A stretch of 53,982 nt of DNA from an uncultured Methanosarcinales archaeon (GTDB lineage: Archaea > Nanobdellota > Nanobdellia > Woesearchaeales > CAZYIM01), in contig CAZYIM010000004.1 in NCBI GenBank assembly GCA_964647565.1, positions 44,322 through 98,303 of the forward strand, given 5' to 3'. The notes under the pieces are model-generated. The model did not search any database. It was not told the DNA's origin and saw only the letters and a program-made list of their open reading frames with translations. Numbering within the stretch: position 1 is the stretch's first letter; each line of letters opens with the position of its first letter. Shown here piece after piece: positions 8,517 through 18,314 of the stretch. The translations under genes were made by a program, and so were the position numbers.

Positions 8517-9731
8517 TCATCCCGTAGTTGAAATAATACTCTTGATTGCATTTATAAAAGTTTCACATTCTTTTTCAGTATTGTAAAAATAAAGAGATGG
8601 CCTGAGGCTTCCATGCAGATTTTTATTGTTAAACCACGAATGGCAGCAATGAGCCCCTGATCTTGTCATGATATTATGTGTAGTATCCAGAATAACAGAC
8701 ACCATGTGTGGGTCAGTCCCCTTTATATTGAGGCTAAAGATGCCTCCTCTTTGTGCTGGATCTTTGGGTCCGATTAGTTCAATCTTGTCTAACGGCAGGA
8801 GCTCTTCTGATATAATATTGTTGAGCTTTAACAGATGCTTAAGTATGTTTTTTCGACCTAATTTCATTAGGTATCTGGCAGCTTCACCAAAACCCAAGAT
8901 TCCTGCATAATGCTGCAATCCTGCTTCAAATCTTTCAGGGGGTTTTTCGAGTTGACATGTGTGATATGTACTGTCAGAAACAGTTTCGCCGCCAATAATA
9001 AATGGGCTAAGTTTATCAAGTAGTTCATACTTGCCATATAGTGCGCCAATACCACTGGGCCCAAGCATTTTATGACCTGAGCATGCTAGAAAGTCAATAT
9101 CTAGTTTACGTACATTCATCTCGCCTTTTGGTGCAGATTGGGCAGCATCAACAATAACAAGAGCTCCAAATTTATGTGCAATCTTAGTAATTTCCTTTAC
9201 GGGATTAGTTACTCCATCAAGATTAGATGTCTGTACAACCGAGACAAGTTTGACCTTATCATTCATCATCTTTTCGAAGTTATCTAGGTTAAACGTATTA
9301 TCCTGATTGGACATGATGACTTTATGAACCGCACCTTTTGTTCTAACTGCCTCTTGCCAGGGAAGTAGGTTGGAGTTATGTTCTTTGTCTGTGGTCAGGA
9401 TCATATCCCCTTTTTTTATACCGAGACTGTTAGCCACAAGATTCAATGCTTCTGTTGTGTTTTTTGTAAAGGCAATCTCTTCACTCTTTTTAGCATTGAA
9501 GAACTTTTGTAGACTCTTTCTTGACTCATCGACCTTTTTTGTAAGAATAGATGCAAGCCTATGATTACTTCGGCCGGCGCATGCAGGAAATTCCTTGTAA
9601 TAACTGTTCAGGGCATCAATGACCTGCATAGGTCGAAGACTCATACATGCATTGTCGAAATATATTATTTTCTGGCCGGTTTGTTGACTCGATAGCAATG
9701 GGAAATCTTCCCTTAATCTTTCAACCTTCAT
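8517..9731 (-). CDS. sufS: Cysteine desulfurase, SufS class (PLP, class V aminotransferase)
   Basis: YFDNA, EHNSN, DAAQS, SGHKMLGP (PLP Lys), RSGAHC (catalytic Cys). Confidence 0.93.
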   Translation of the reverse strand: MKVERLREDFPLLSSQQTGQKIIYFDNACMSLRPMQVIDALNSYYKEFPACAGRSNHRLASILTKKVDESRKSLQKFFNAKKSEEIAFTKNTTEALNLVANSLGIKKGDMILTTDKEHNSNLLPWQEAVRTKGAVHKVIMSNQDNTFNLDNFEKMMNDKVKLVSVVQTSNLDGVTNPVKEITKIAHKFGALVIVDAAQSAPKGEMNVRKLDIDFLACSGHKMLGPSGIGALYGKYELLDKLSPFIIGGETVSDSTYHTCQLEKPPERFEAGLQHYAGILGFGEAARYLMKLGRKNILKHLLKLNNIISEELLPLDKIELIGPKDPAQRGGIFSLNIKGTDPHMVSVILDTTHNIMTRSGAHCCHSWFNNKNLHGSLRPSLYFYNTEKECETFINAIKSIISTTG

Positions 9732-10656
9732 TTTTTAGATTTTTTTCGATGATTTTCTTTAATTTTGAATATTTTTGGGGACCAACAAAGGTTTCTTCAT
9801 TTATGAAGAATGTTGGAGTGCCATAAAGATTGGAATCTCCCCCCATTTTAATATCTTCTCGGATTTTTTGCCAAGTGCTGTTAGTAGATAAACAGGTGTT
9901 GAATTCAGTCATATTCAACTCAATGGTTTGGGCTCTTGCCTGTAGGCTAGGGATTGAAAGATCATTATCTTGGAAAATGAGAGTGTGATATTCCCAAAAT
10001 TTTCCTTGTTCTCTTGCACATTCTGTAGCCATAGCTGAATTTTTGCTGTCTTCATGTCCGTGAAGAGGAAAATGAAAATAGTAAAACTTGATGTCCTGGC
10101 CAAATTCATTTAAGATCTTTTCAACTGTTTCTTGTGCATCCCTTGTATATTCACAAGAATAGCAGCCGAATTCTATGAAGTCTACTTTTGCATCTGGCGA
10201 TCCCAGATAATGTTCAGATAGTTCTGTTGGGGCAACAAGATATATTTCTTTGTCCTCATAATCTGAGACCTGGCATGATTGACCATTCACTCCACTTATT
10301 TCAGGGGATTGATGTGGATCGAAAATACAAAATTTATCCTCTTCTCCTGTGCAATTGCCATACACTATATAATTATATGCACTAAATGCTGAATAGGCGA
10401 TACTAGCTATTAGTAAGATTGTGAATATCCAAGAAATGGTCTCAAAATGCTTATAGATGAATCTTCCTGCTTTTGGAGATCCCTTCATCAATCTTCCAGT
10501 GACCTGGCCCTTAAGCCTGACATCTAGGCCTGTATGGCATTTTCTGAAGGTTAACTTTCTAAAGACGCAGTCAAATGCTTCTGCAGCAATCTTTCTTTGT
10601 GAGGCACTAAATATGCCTAAAATCCCAAATATAATTAATGCTATGATGCAGATCAT
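9721..10656 (-). CDS. Membrane-anchored DsbA/thioredoxin-fold protein
   Basis: GSPDAKVDFIEFGCYSC, HFPL, ECAREQGKFWEYH, GTPTFFIN; N-terminal TMs. Confidence 0.85.
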   Translation of the reverse strand: MICIIALIIFGILGIFSASQRKIAAEAFDCVFRKLTFRKCHTGLDVRLKGQVTGRLMKGSPKAGRFIYKHFETISWIFTILLIASIAYSAFSAYNYIVYGNCTGEEDKFCIFDPHQSPEISGVNGQSCQVSDYEDKEIYLVAPTELSEHYLGSPDAKVDFIEFGCYSCEYTRDAQETVEKILNEFGQDIKFYYFHFPLHGHEDSKNSAMATECAREQGKFWEYHTLIFQDNDLSIPSLQARAQTIELNMTEFNTCLSTNSTWQKIREDIKMGGDSNLYGTPTFFINEETFVGPQKYSKLKKIIEKNLKNEG

Positions 10657-10691
10657 TTTTTAGTAAAATTAAAATATTAATAAAAAAAATA

Positions 10692-11900
10692 TTAACCGCA
10701 CTGTGCGTTTGCATTTGCTGAGCTTGCTGCTGCTGAAAAGCCAAATCCTGGTGATGGCGAAGCTGAAGATAATGTTTGGCTGCATTCTTCAGGTTTTTCT
10801 TCAAAGCCATAACAGATTGCATTTAGCAGACTTGCAGAATCTCTTCCTGAAGATGCTTTCACACCATTTATTATCAAGGTTGGGGAGCCTGCGACTCCAT
10901 ACTTGTCTACACCTTCCTTGTTGACATTAAAAGTAGGGAATCTGCCTTTGTATGTTGCCTGATCACCAAAATTTTCAGTAACTTTGAACTCAGCGTCTGT
11001 TGCTGCAACACAGGCATCTAATTGGGGTTGGTCGATTTCTAGTTCTGTAAGGCAGGTTGTTCCATCTCCAGCTTCAAGGAAGCATTTTAGATAGGGCAAT
11101 AGCTTATCTTCCTGTTCTTTTTGGATACAGTGTTGTATGAGCTGCTCATCAAGTTCTTTCTCACCATGCATAGCATAATCACAAAACTTAAGCTCAAAGT
11201 CAACCTTGTCCCCGAGAAGTTCAATTACAGGAAGTATTCCTTTTTCAATCTGCGTGCCGTATGGGCAGTGAGACATGACAAATACTTCAACTTCAGGAAC
11301 TGCTTTCCTATCCATGCACATCCATTCTGCAGAACAGTCTGGACTTGCACAGTCAATCAATCCATCGCCTGTGTCATCAACTTCATTATCGCAAATCTCT
11401 TTGGTAGGATCAAATTCTGCCCGAATTCTTAACTGAAGATATTCTCCTTTAGGTGTTACATATTTTTCGATTTTTGAGAACTCAGGATCTTGACTGATTT
11501 CAGTAGGGAAAAGTGCTGCAGGTAAAGGACCTATCGCTAGATCTTCATATATTTTTTTACCTTCTTCAGTCCCATATTCTACAGTCTTTACAGTCATAGT
11601 TGGAAAGAGGGTCTTTAGATCATTTTCTAATCCTGCTGTATCACAAGCAGGTCCGCATCTTTCATCTGTAACAATGGTTAGTACTGCACCTCCTTCAGGG
11701 GTAGGTGCGGGTGTAGTAACATCTGCAGAGGTATCTTCTGTTCCGCTTGTTGTTTCAGTTGTATCTTGTCTTGGAAGAACAATTATTAATATCAAAGCGA
11801 CAGCAAGGACTACCAGAGCAATCCACATCATAGGATGCGGTTTCGTTGTTGGCTTTTTATGTTTAGATTGTTTATGCTTATTTTTTTTCAAAGTGATCAC
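10692..11900 (-). CDS. Secreted/anchored thioredoxin-fold (DsbA-like) protein
   Basis: N-terminal TM, FVMSHCPYG, GSPTLIING, Cys/Asp repeat CDNEVDDTGDGLIDC. Confidence 0.8.
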   Translation of the reverse strand: MITLKKNKHKQSKHKKPTTKPHPMMWIALVVLAVALILIIVLPRQDTTETTSGTEDTSADVTTPAPTPEGGAVLTIVTDERCGPACDTAGLENDLKTLFPTMTVKTVEYGTEEGKKIYEDLAIGPLPAALFPTEISQDPEFSKIEKYVTPKGEYLQLRIRAEFDPTKEICDNEVDDTGDGLIDCASPDCSAEWMCMDRKAVPEVEVFVMSHCPYGTQIEKGILPVIELLGDKVDFELKFCDYAMHGEKELDEQLIQHCIQKEQEDKLLPYLKCFLEAGDGTTCLTELEIDQPQLDACVAATDAEFKVTENFGDQATYKGRFPTFNVNKEGVDKYGVAGSPTLIINGVKASSGRDSASLLNAICYGFEEKPEECSQTLSSASPSPGFGFSAAASSANANAQCG

Positions 11901-12006
11901 CCTCCTTATATTTTAATCTATTGTTATTGCTCGAGTGAAATTCAACAGCTTTTATAAATTTTTTTAAACCTTTTAATTATTTAGAAGTCATAAAACCTTA
12001 GAACGC

Positions 12007-13290
12007 TTATGATTCTTTCCAATCTACCTTAAGAAAATGTGTGGAGCAGGAAAAGCAGGGATCATATGCTCTTATTAGTTTTTCAATATCCAGAACAATA
12101 TCTTCTTTTTTCTTGTTCAATAGGGTGGGAAGATATGCTTTTATATCATCTTCCATGTTTCTGAGATTCTGGGCGGTAGGTGTTATGATGTTCGCTTTTT
12201 CTAGCACACCTTGAGAATTATAGGTGTAATCGTGGAATAGAAGACCCCTTGGTGCTTCAACAACACCAACTCCTCTGCCTGCTTTTAATCTAATTTTAGA
12301 CCGTTCTTCTTTTTTGAAAGAATGTTGTTCTAGTATTTCAATAGACCTTTCTATCCAGTGAACTGTCTCAACTGCCTGGGCTAGATTGTTCATGAAGGGA
12401 TTGTAGATTGGAGTACTTAACTTTTTGCTCATAAAAAGGGTTTCGGCTGTTTTTGTCAACAATTTGACATTGTTGTTTACACGTGACAAAGCCCCAATCA
12501 TATATCCTTTCCCTTTTTTAACTGCAAATTTACTTGTTGCATAATCTTCCAGGTATTCTTGGATAAATCGAGTATAAGACTTGGAGTCGAAATTCAATCC
12601 TTTGGTTGAAACAATCCTGCCAGTATTAAGTGGGAATGCATCTGTCTGTTTCAAAGATAGATACTCTGTTTTTCGCTCGAATGAGGGTACTTTTATTGAG
12701 GAAAATAATTTAGCAGTCCGTATTGCATCGTCTCTTGAGTCTTTTAGTCTTTGCAATATTTTCTGAAAACTTTCTTTGTCAGGAATATGTGTGAATCCTC
12801 CAATAACTGGTGAAACAGGATGCATTTCTCGGCCCCCAATCATTTCAACAATGTTGTTGCCAAGTTGTACAAGCTTAAGGGCTCTTGCAAACTCTTTTTT
12901 GTAGTTTTTAGCCATGGCAATCGCAGATTCATGTCCTGTGAAATCTGGTAAAGCCAGGAAATATAGATGCGTTGCATGGCTTCGGATCCTTTCTCCTATT
13001 GCTAATAATTCTCTTAATAAGATGACTTGTTCGCTAACCTCAACACCGAGTCCATTTTCAGTGGCAGAGATAGATGCTAAAGTGTGAGAGCAACTGCAGA
13101 TACCACATATCCTGGATGTAATCTCTTTTAGTTCGGTATACTTTTTACCTTTAACCAGCCCTTCAAAAAATCTAGCGCCTTCAATAGCCATGAGTTCACA
13201 TTTCTTTACTTTTCCTCTTTCTATTTCCACATTCAACGAACCGTGGCCTTCGACTTTAGTTATGTGGTTCAGGGTTATTTTTTTGCTCAT
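12007..13290 (-). CDS. hydA: [NiFe]-hydrogenase large (alpha) subunit, group 3b/sulfhydrogenase type
   Basis: KVEGHG, L1 SRICGIC, EAPRG, L2 DPCFSCSTH followed by a short cleavable C-terminal tail. Confidence 0.95.
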   Translation of the reverse strand: MSKKITLNHITKVEGHGSLNVEIERGKVKKCELMAIEGARFFEGLVKGKKYTELKEITSRICGICSCSHTLASISATENGLGVEVSEQVILLRELLAIGERIRSHATHLYFLALPDFTGHESAIAMAKNYKKEFARALKLVQLGNNIVEMIGGREMHPVSPVIGGFTHIPDKESFQKILQRLKDSRDDAIRTAKLFSSIKVPSFERKTEYLSLKQTDAFPLNTGRIVSTKGLNFDSKSYTRFIQEYLEDYATSKFAVKKGKGYMIGALSRVNNNVKLLTKTAETLFMSKKLSTPIYNPFMNNLAQAVETVHWIERSIEILEQHSFKKEERSKIRLKAGRGVGVVEAPRGLLFHDYTYNSQGVLEKANIITPTAQNLRNMEDDIKAYLPTLLNKKKEDIVLDIEKLIRAYDPCFSCSTHFLKVDWKES

Positions 13291-14065
13291 TTTCAATTAA
13301 TTGATATGACGCATATTTGGTCATCCTGTTTTTCATTTCTTTGATTGTAAGTCCTTTTTTTTTCAATAATTCTTCAAGGGGATTAAGATGGCAGTCCTCA
13401 CTTAATCCGTGACATCCAGTACAACCATGATTTATAGATGGGCAAAGCGCATCACATCCACCTCTTGTGACAGGGCCAAGACAGGATTTGTCTTGTTCTA
13501 GTAGGCAGTAATTCTCTTTTTTTATGCATTCAACACAGACAGGGTTCTCATAGACTGCAGGTTTTTTTCCGTTTAAAAAATCTTTTATGATTCTGAGGAT
13601 CTCCATTTTATCTGGAGGGCATCCACTTAAAGCATAGTCTATCTTGACATGTGTATGAAGTGGTGTAGGGGTTATCGATTTGAGATGCTTTCTCTTCTTG
13701 TAGACTGCTTTTTCCACCTCTAAAGGGTCCATGATATTTTTCATGGTTTGGACGTTGCCCGTACAAGCGCAGGTTCCAAAAGCCACGAGAATCTTGGTTT
13801 TTTCCCTAATCTGTTTAAGACGTTCAAGATCTTCTTCACAAACAACAGATCCTTCCATAAATGTGATGTCATAAGGGCCTTTTGAGTTTTCCTCTTTGAT
13901 CATGGGTGCTGCCACTAGATCAATATGCTCTAGCAATTCTGGCAGCTCTTCTAGAAAATATATGGTAAGTTGACAGCCAGCACAACCTGTAATACTATGA
14001 ATCGCTATCTTGGGTTTTTGTGCAACGATTGATTTCCCAAATAATTCGTTTGTGATAGATGCCAT
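13256..14065 (-). CDS. hydD: [NiFe]-hydrogenase small (delta) subunit
   Basis: CAGCQ, EGSV, GTCAC, GCPP and C-terminal Cys clusters (CVEC, CLGPVT, CTGC). Confidence 0.93.
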   Translation of the reverse strand: MASITNELFGKSIVAQKPKIAIHSITGCAGCQLTIYFLEELPELLEHIDLVAAPMIKEENSKGPYDITFMEGSVVCEEDLERLKQIREKTKILVAFGTCACTGNVQTMKNIMDPLEVEKAVYKKRKHLKSITPTPLHTHVKIDYALSGCPPDKMEILRIIKDFLNGKKPAVYENPVCVECIKKENYCLLEQDKSCLGPVTRGGCDALCPSINHGCTGCHGLSEDCHLNPLEELLKKKGLTIKEMKNRMTKYASYQLIENEQKNNPEPHN

Positions 14066-14066
14066 C

Positions 14067-14849
14067 TTATTCTTTTACTTCTCCAATTTTATCATATCTA
14101 AACACAGGACCGTCCTTGCATACATACTGGCCTTTTATCATGCAGTGTCCACATTTCTGGATACCGCATTTCATATGTCTTTCATGGCTTATGTATATCT
14201 GGCTGTTCTTGAACTTTAAGACTTTTAGTAGTTTTATGACGAATTTTATCATGATGGGTGGTCCACAGGTTATGGCAAGAGAGTTTCTTGAAAGTGGTTG
14301 GACTTCTTCTATTAATTTAGTGATAAGTCCTATATTGCCTTTATAGTCAGAAGGTGCTTTGTCTACTGTTAGATGGACCTCAAACAGTTTTCCCCATTCT
14401 TTTATGTCCTCTTTGAATAAAATATCTTCAGGATCTCTGAATCCTAGGAATATGTGTACATTTTTAAAGGTCCTTCTATGTTCTTTGACATATTCGATTA
14501 CACCTCTTAATGGTGCAACACCAGTCCCCCCACCAATAATTATGAGGTTCTTGTTTTTCATATCTTTCATAGGGTAGCCACGGCCATAAGGTCCCCTTAT
14601 CAGCATCTTTTCAGGAGGCTCCATTGTACAGAGCTTTTTTGTAACATTACCAACCTCCCTTATGTCAAGTTCTATGTGTTTGTTTGAATACGAGCAGATA
14701 GAGATTGGTGCTTCTCCAATGCCCAATACAGAAACTTGGACAAACTGGCCAGGATCGTGCTGAATAGGATGTAACAGCCTGAACAAATAAGTGTCCTCTG
14801 TTTGTTTGGTCTTTTTTTCTATCTTTGCTTCTAATATTTTTATGCTCAT
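14067..14849 (-). CDS. hydG: Hydrogenase gamma subunit (FAD/NAD(P)-binding, 2Fe-2S)
   Basis: PGQF, RGPYG, GGGTGVAP, CGPPIM, MKCGIQKCGHC...VCKDGP. Confidence 0.92.
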   Translation of the reverse strand: MSIKILEAKIEKKTKQTEDTYLFRLLHPIQHDPGQFVQVSVLGIGEAPISICSYSNKHIELDIREVGNVTKKLCTMEPPEKMLIRGPYGRGYPMKDMKNKNLIIIGGGTGVAPLRGVIEYVKEHRRTFKNVHIFLGFRDPEDILFKEDIKEWGKLFEVHLTVDKAPSDYKGNIGLITKLIEEVQPLSRNSLAITCGPPIMIKFVIKLLKVLKFKNSQIYISHERHMKCGIQKCGHCMIKGQYVCKDGPVFRYDKIGEVKE

Positions 14850-15781
14850 TTTAATCTATTGACTATTTTTACAAAATCAATACCAGTTGGGCAATGTCTT
14901 ATACATCTTCCACATCCAACGCACATATGTTTGTTAAACTGATCCTTGAAGTATTTTAGCTTATGGAAGATTCGATGTCTGAATCTTGCAGTTCGATCGT
15001 CTCTAAAGATAAATCCTCCAGCTACTCTTGTAAAACCTTTTAGTTGACAGGAATCCCATGTTCTTTCTCGTTTACCTTCCTTAAGTTCGAGATTTGTCTC
15101 ATCCATAACATCATAACACAAGCAGCTAGGACATATGTTTGTACATCTTGCACAGCGCAAACAGTCTTCAGTGGCATTCTGCCAGACCGAGCTTTCGTAA
15201 TGTTCATCCTTGATATCCTTTTTCAACTCTTTTTTACACTTAGGTTTGGGTATCTTGAAATTGTAATCATTCAGTTTGCTAACTAGTTTTCTGCCTTTTT
15301 CTGAACCAATGTCAATATAGTAGTTACCTTCAACTTCCTTGATGCAAAGATCAAAGCAATTCTCGAGTTTCATTGAATTACAGAAGCAGTGCTCATCTAC
15401 AGGTTTTATGCAAGCCACGCAGATGATTGTTGTTTTCTCTCTTCGTTCTTTATAGGTTTCATCCGGATATTCATTGAGGAAAAGTTTGTCCAATCTGTCC
15501 AATGCATTTACATCACATAATCTAGCTCCAAAGATTATCCTCTCGCCAAATTTTTTACGATAATAGATCTTATTGAATTTGAAAGAAAATATTTCATCTT
15601 TAGGAGGAAGAAAAAACTTTTTTATGGGAAAAACAGGAAGGCCGTCAAAGCAGATTTCTTTAAGATCTGTCACTTTTTCAAATCTTAGAATATCTCTCTT
15701 AACAGGAGCAATCAGGTCTCCTCTGCTTTTGAGCTTTTCTAAGAACTTCAAGAAATCCTCTTTTTTCAGCAACTTACCCAT
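14846..15781 (-). CDS. hydB: Hydrogenase beta subunit (4Fe-4S dicluster, AsrA-like)
   Basis: CLRCARCTNICPSC, WDSC, CVGCGRCIRHCP. Confidence 0.92.
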   Translation of the reverse strand: MGKLLKKEDFLKFLEKLKSRGDLIAPVKRDILRFEKVTDLKEICFDGLPVFPIKKFFLPPKDEIFSFKFNKIYYRKKFGERIIFGARLCDVNALDRLDKLFLNEYPDETYKERREKTTIICVACIKPVDEHCFCNSMKLENCFDLCIKEVEGNYYIDIGSEKGRKLVSKLNDYNFKIPKPKCKKELKKDIKDEHYESSVWQNATEDCLRCARCTNICPSCLCYDVMDETNLELKEGKRERTWDSCQLKGFTRVAGGFIFRDDRTARFRHRIFHKLKYFKDQFNKHMCVGCGRCIRHCPTGIDFVKIVNRLK

Positions 15782-15803
15782 AGGTTAAAAAGACACTGAA
15801 GAA

Positions 15804-16178
15804 TTATATAAAGCTTTTTATTTTCTCTAGGTTCTTTTTTGTCTTTTCCAGATCAAAATCTATTGGTATGCCTATGACACGAATTTTTTTTATTTTTTTC
15901 ATCTCTTTCATCAGTTTGAGGAAAAATCCCAAATCAAAATCATGTAAAGAATATAGTTTGTTTTCTTTCAATAGATCTATGTCTGTGATTACAGTGATAT
16001 CCTTGATGCCATCTACAACATCCAGGATAAGTATCTCGTCATCTTTATAATTGAGCAGTTCATTAAGATTCTCACATATCTTGAACTCCACTCCAGGAAC
16101 GTTGAGCTCTTTTGCAACTAGGATGGCTAGGCTGTCGTTTTCAACATGAGGATTTCCAAAACAGAGGATTGTTTTCAT
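15804..16178 (-). CDS. Hydrogenase maturation protease-like protein (HycI/HybD fold, short and divergent)
   Basis: ILCFGNP..ENDS, ILDVV and SLHDFDL motifs; located next to the hydrogenase operon. Confidence 0.7.
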   Translation of the reverse strand: MKTILCFGNPHVENDSLAILVAKELNVPGVEFKICENLNELLNYKDDEILILDVVDGIKDITVITDIDLLKENKLYSLHDFDLGFFLKLMKEMKKIKKIRVIGIPIDFDLEKTKKNLEKIKSFI

Positions 16179-16265
16179 ACAATAGTCTGTTCAACAGACA
16201 TATATTTAAATCTTTTTCATGACAAAATCACAAACAATATAAATAAGAATAAAATAGCTTATTAC

Positions 16266-17177
16266 ATGAAGAAAGGGGTGCAACTGGTTTTTCTTACTTC
16301 CTTGATAAGCGGGGTTTCTATATTTGTTAATGCATTTGGCGTTCAAAACATCCAACCCTATATATTTACCGGCTTGAAAAATATCATAGTTGCATTGCTT
16401 TTATTTTCGTTTATATTAATAGTAAAGGAATTTCAAGCAATAAAAAAACTGTCCTCATCTGAGTGGATCAAGTTGATATTAGTAGGCTTAATAGGAGGCA
16501 GTATTCCCTTCTTGCTTTTTTTTCAAGGTCTTAAGATTACAACTGCCGCTTCAGGCGCTTTTGTACATAAAACCATGATAATATGGGTTATCTTCCTGGC
16601 CATGATCTTTCTAAAAGAGAAAATCAATTTTAGATTGATAACAGGCGCGCTCATTATTCTTGTTGGTAGTTTCTTACTGCTGAGGCTAACTAACTTCGGA
16701 TTTAATCAGGGAACCATATTAATACTGATTGCCACTTTATTGTGGGCAGGAGAATTGATTTTGTCTAAGCATCTTCTTAAGAATCTGTCAGGTAATACTG
16801 TTGCATTTGGAAGGATGTTTTTTGGATCAATTTTCATTGTTGGATTCTTGACAATCTCAGGAAATCTCGGGTTAGTTCTTTCTTTGCCGGCAGCAAGTTG
16901 GCAATGGATATTATTGACATCACTGCTTCTGTTGGGGTATGTATATACTTTCTATAATGGCCTCAAACAGGTTAAGGTAAGTACTGCAGTGGCCGTCCTT
17001 TCATTGGGTTCAGTAATAACCACTATGCTTAACCTGGTATTCTTAGATAGATACTTGGTATTTTCTCAGGTAATCGGTTTAGTATTGATTATATTTGGGG
17101 TATTAGCATTTGTTGGTCTTAAAGAAACAATGAAGCTATTCAGTCAAGCTTCTCAACAGCATAAAAATGATGGATAG
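16266..17177 (+). CDS. EamA/DMT-family transporter
   Basis: About 10 TM helices in two repeats, with IFLKEKI motif; likely start ATG 16266. Confidence 0.88.
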   Translation: MKKGVQLVFLTSLISGVSIFVNAFGVQNIQPYIFTGLKNIIVALLLFSFILIVKEFQAIKKLSSSEWIKLILVGLIGGSIPFLLFFQGLKITTAASGAFVHKTMIIWVIFLAMIFLKEKINFRLITGALIILVGSFLLLRLTNFGFNQGTILILIATLLWAGELILSKHLLKNLSGNTVAFGRMFFGSIFIVGFLTISGNLGLVLSLPAASWQWILLTSLLLLGYVYTFYNGLKQVKVSTAVAVLSLGSVITTMLNLVFLDRYLVFSQVIGLVLIIFGVLAFVGLKETMKLFSQASQQHKNDG

Positions 17178-17625
17178 TTATCTTGTCACCTATTTTTGTA
17201 TCGGGCAATAGGTTTGCCAATACTATCCTTTCTTTATGATCATAAGTTACCTTATAGAATTCTTTTCCCTTTTTTTCGATTTTTTCCTTGATGGTAGCTT
17301 CGTGGACTTTACACATATCTTTGAAGATATCGCCCATACGTCCATACATACCGTCACCCATATCAATGTACTTGTTGTGTTCAATTCTGAAATACCTTTT
17401 CATCACGTCTCGATTCCAGCAATCCTTTCCCATATCTTTTGCAACTTGTTTTATGCGTCTGAATGCTGCGGGAAAAAGATGTTCAAGTCGTTCCCTGGAC
17501 ATGGGATGATCCTTATTGACACAGTTTTCCAATTCGTTGTATTCTTTGTCTGTGATTCTTTTTTGTTCTAGCAGAACATGTGCACATGCAAAAGAGTACC
17601 GTAGAAAATATCTTTCAACATTCAT
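17140..17625 (-). CDS. Hydrogenase-cluster-associated protein (DUF6390-like, HypC-like C-terminus)
   Basis: FLRYSF N-terminus and C-terminal IGDKITIHHFYAVEKL resembling a HypC OB fold; overlaps hypC. Confidence 0.6.
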   Translation of the reverse strand: MNVERYFLRYSFACAHVLLEQKRITDKEYNELENCVNKDHPMSRERLEHLFPAAFRRIKQVAKDMGKDCWNRDVMKRYFRIEHNKYIDMGDGMYGRMGDIFKDMCKVHEATIKEKIEKKGKEFYKVTYDHKERIVLANLLPDTKIGDKITIHHFYAVEKLD

Positions 17626-17830
17626 TTTCAGAGCTTCTTATTACTTCAAGCGCCTCCTTTGCATCTTTTTTTGGTATTATCTGTACAACAAAGCCTCCGC
17701 TGACAAGTACAAAGTCGCCGACTTGGCACTTGATTAGACTTATATTGGCCTGTCTTTTCTCTGCTTCATAATCAACAGTGGCAACATCTTCATCAATCTT
17801 TACAACTTTTCCAGGTATTGCAAGACACAT
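17615..17830 (-). CDS. hypC: Hydrogenase maturation chaperone HypC
   Basis: MCLAIPGKV N-terminus, VGDFVLV. Confidence 0.95.
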   Translation of the reverse strand: MCLAIPGKVVKIDEDVATVDYEAEKRQANISLIKCQVGDFVLVSGGFVVQIIPKKDAKEALEVIRSSENEC

Positions 17831-17832
17831 CC

Positions 17833-18156
17833 TTATTCTACTTCTACCTCAACAATCTTGATATCTTTGCCGTCGATGATTTTAGGCATCATATCACCAC
17901 ATTCGGGACATTTGAATATAAGATGATCATGACCTCTTTCCACAATTTCGGGTTCCCCTTCATAACCGCATTCACATTTGACAGTGGCCCTCTTTTGAGT
18001 TATCATGATATCCCAATCTGTCATTTGTTTTAGAACTTCTTCAGTTTCTTGGGCAGAAAGATGTGCAAGATCTCCTACTTCTAAAGTCATGCTCTTGACT
18101 TTACCGTGTTTCTCCGCTTCTTTGATTATAGCTTGGGCTATGGCTTGTTCGTGCAT
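17833..18156 (-). CDS. hypA: Hydrogenase nickel metallochaperone HypA
   Basis: MHE N-terminus, CECG and CPECG Zn sites. Confidence 0.92.
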   Translation of the reverse strand: MHEQAIAQAIIKEAEKHGKVKSMTLEVGDLAHLSAQETEEVLKQMTDWDIMITQKRATVKCECGYEGEPEIVERGHDHLIFKCPECGDMMPKIIDGKDIKIVEVEVE

Positions 18157-18314
18157 ATCTTGCAGAGGTGATTCTACGTTTATAAAATTTTATGCTAAAA
18201 AAGCTCTAAACATCGATTTTGCGCTTTTTGGCATCCTAAAAATTCGCCTGTCCTAGAAGAGCGTCTAATCAAACTAAGAGCTTTAGCCTATTTTAGGACG
18301 TTCTCGGCAAATTT

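Noticed and set aside
13256..13290. Possible frameshift at the hydD/hydA overlap
   Set aside because: Both subunits have complete motif sets; a short operon overlap explains it
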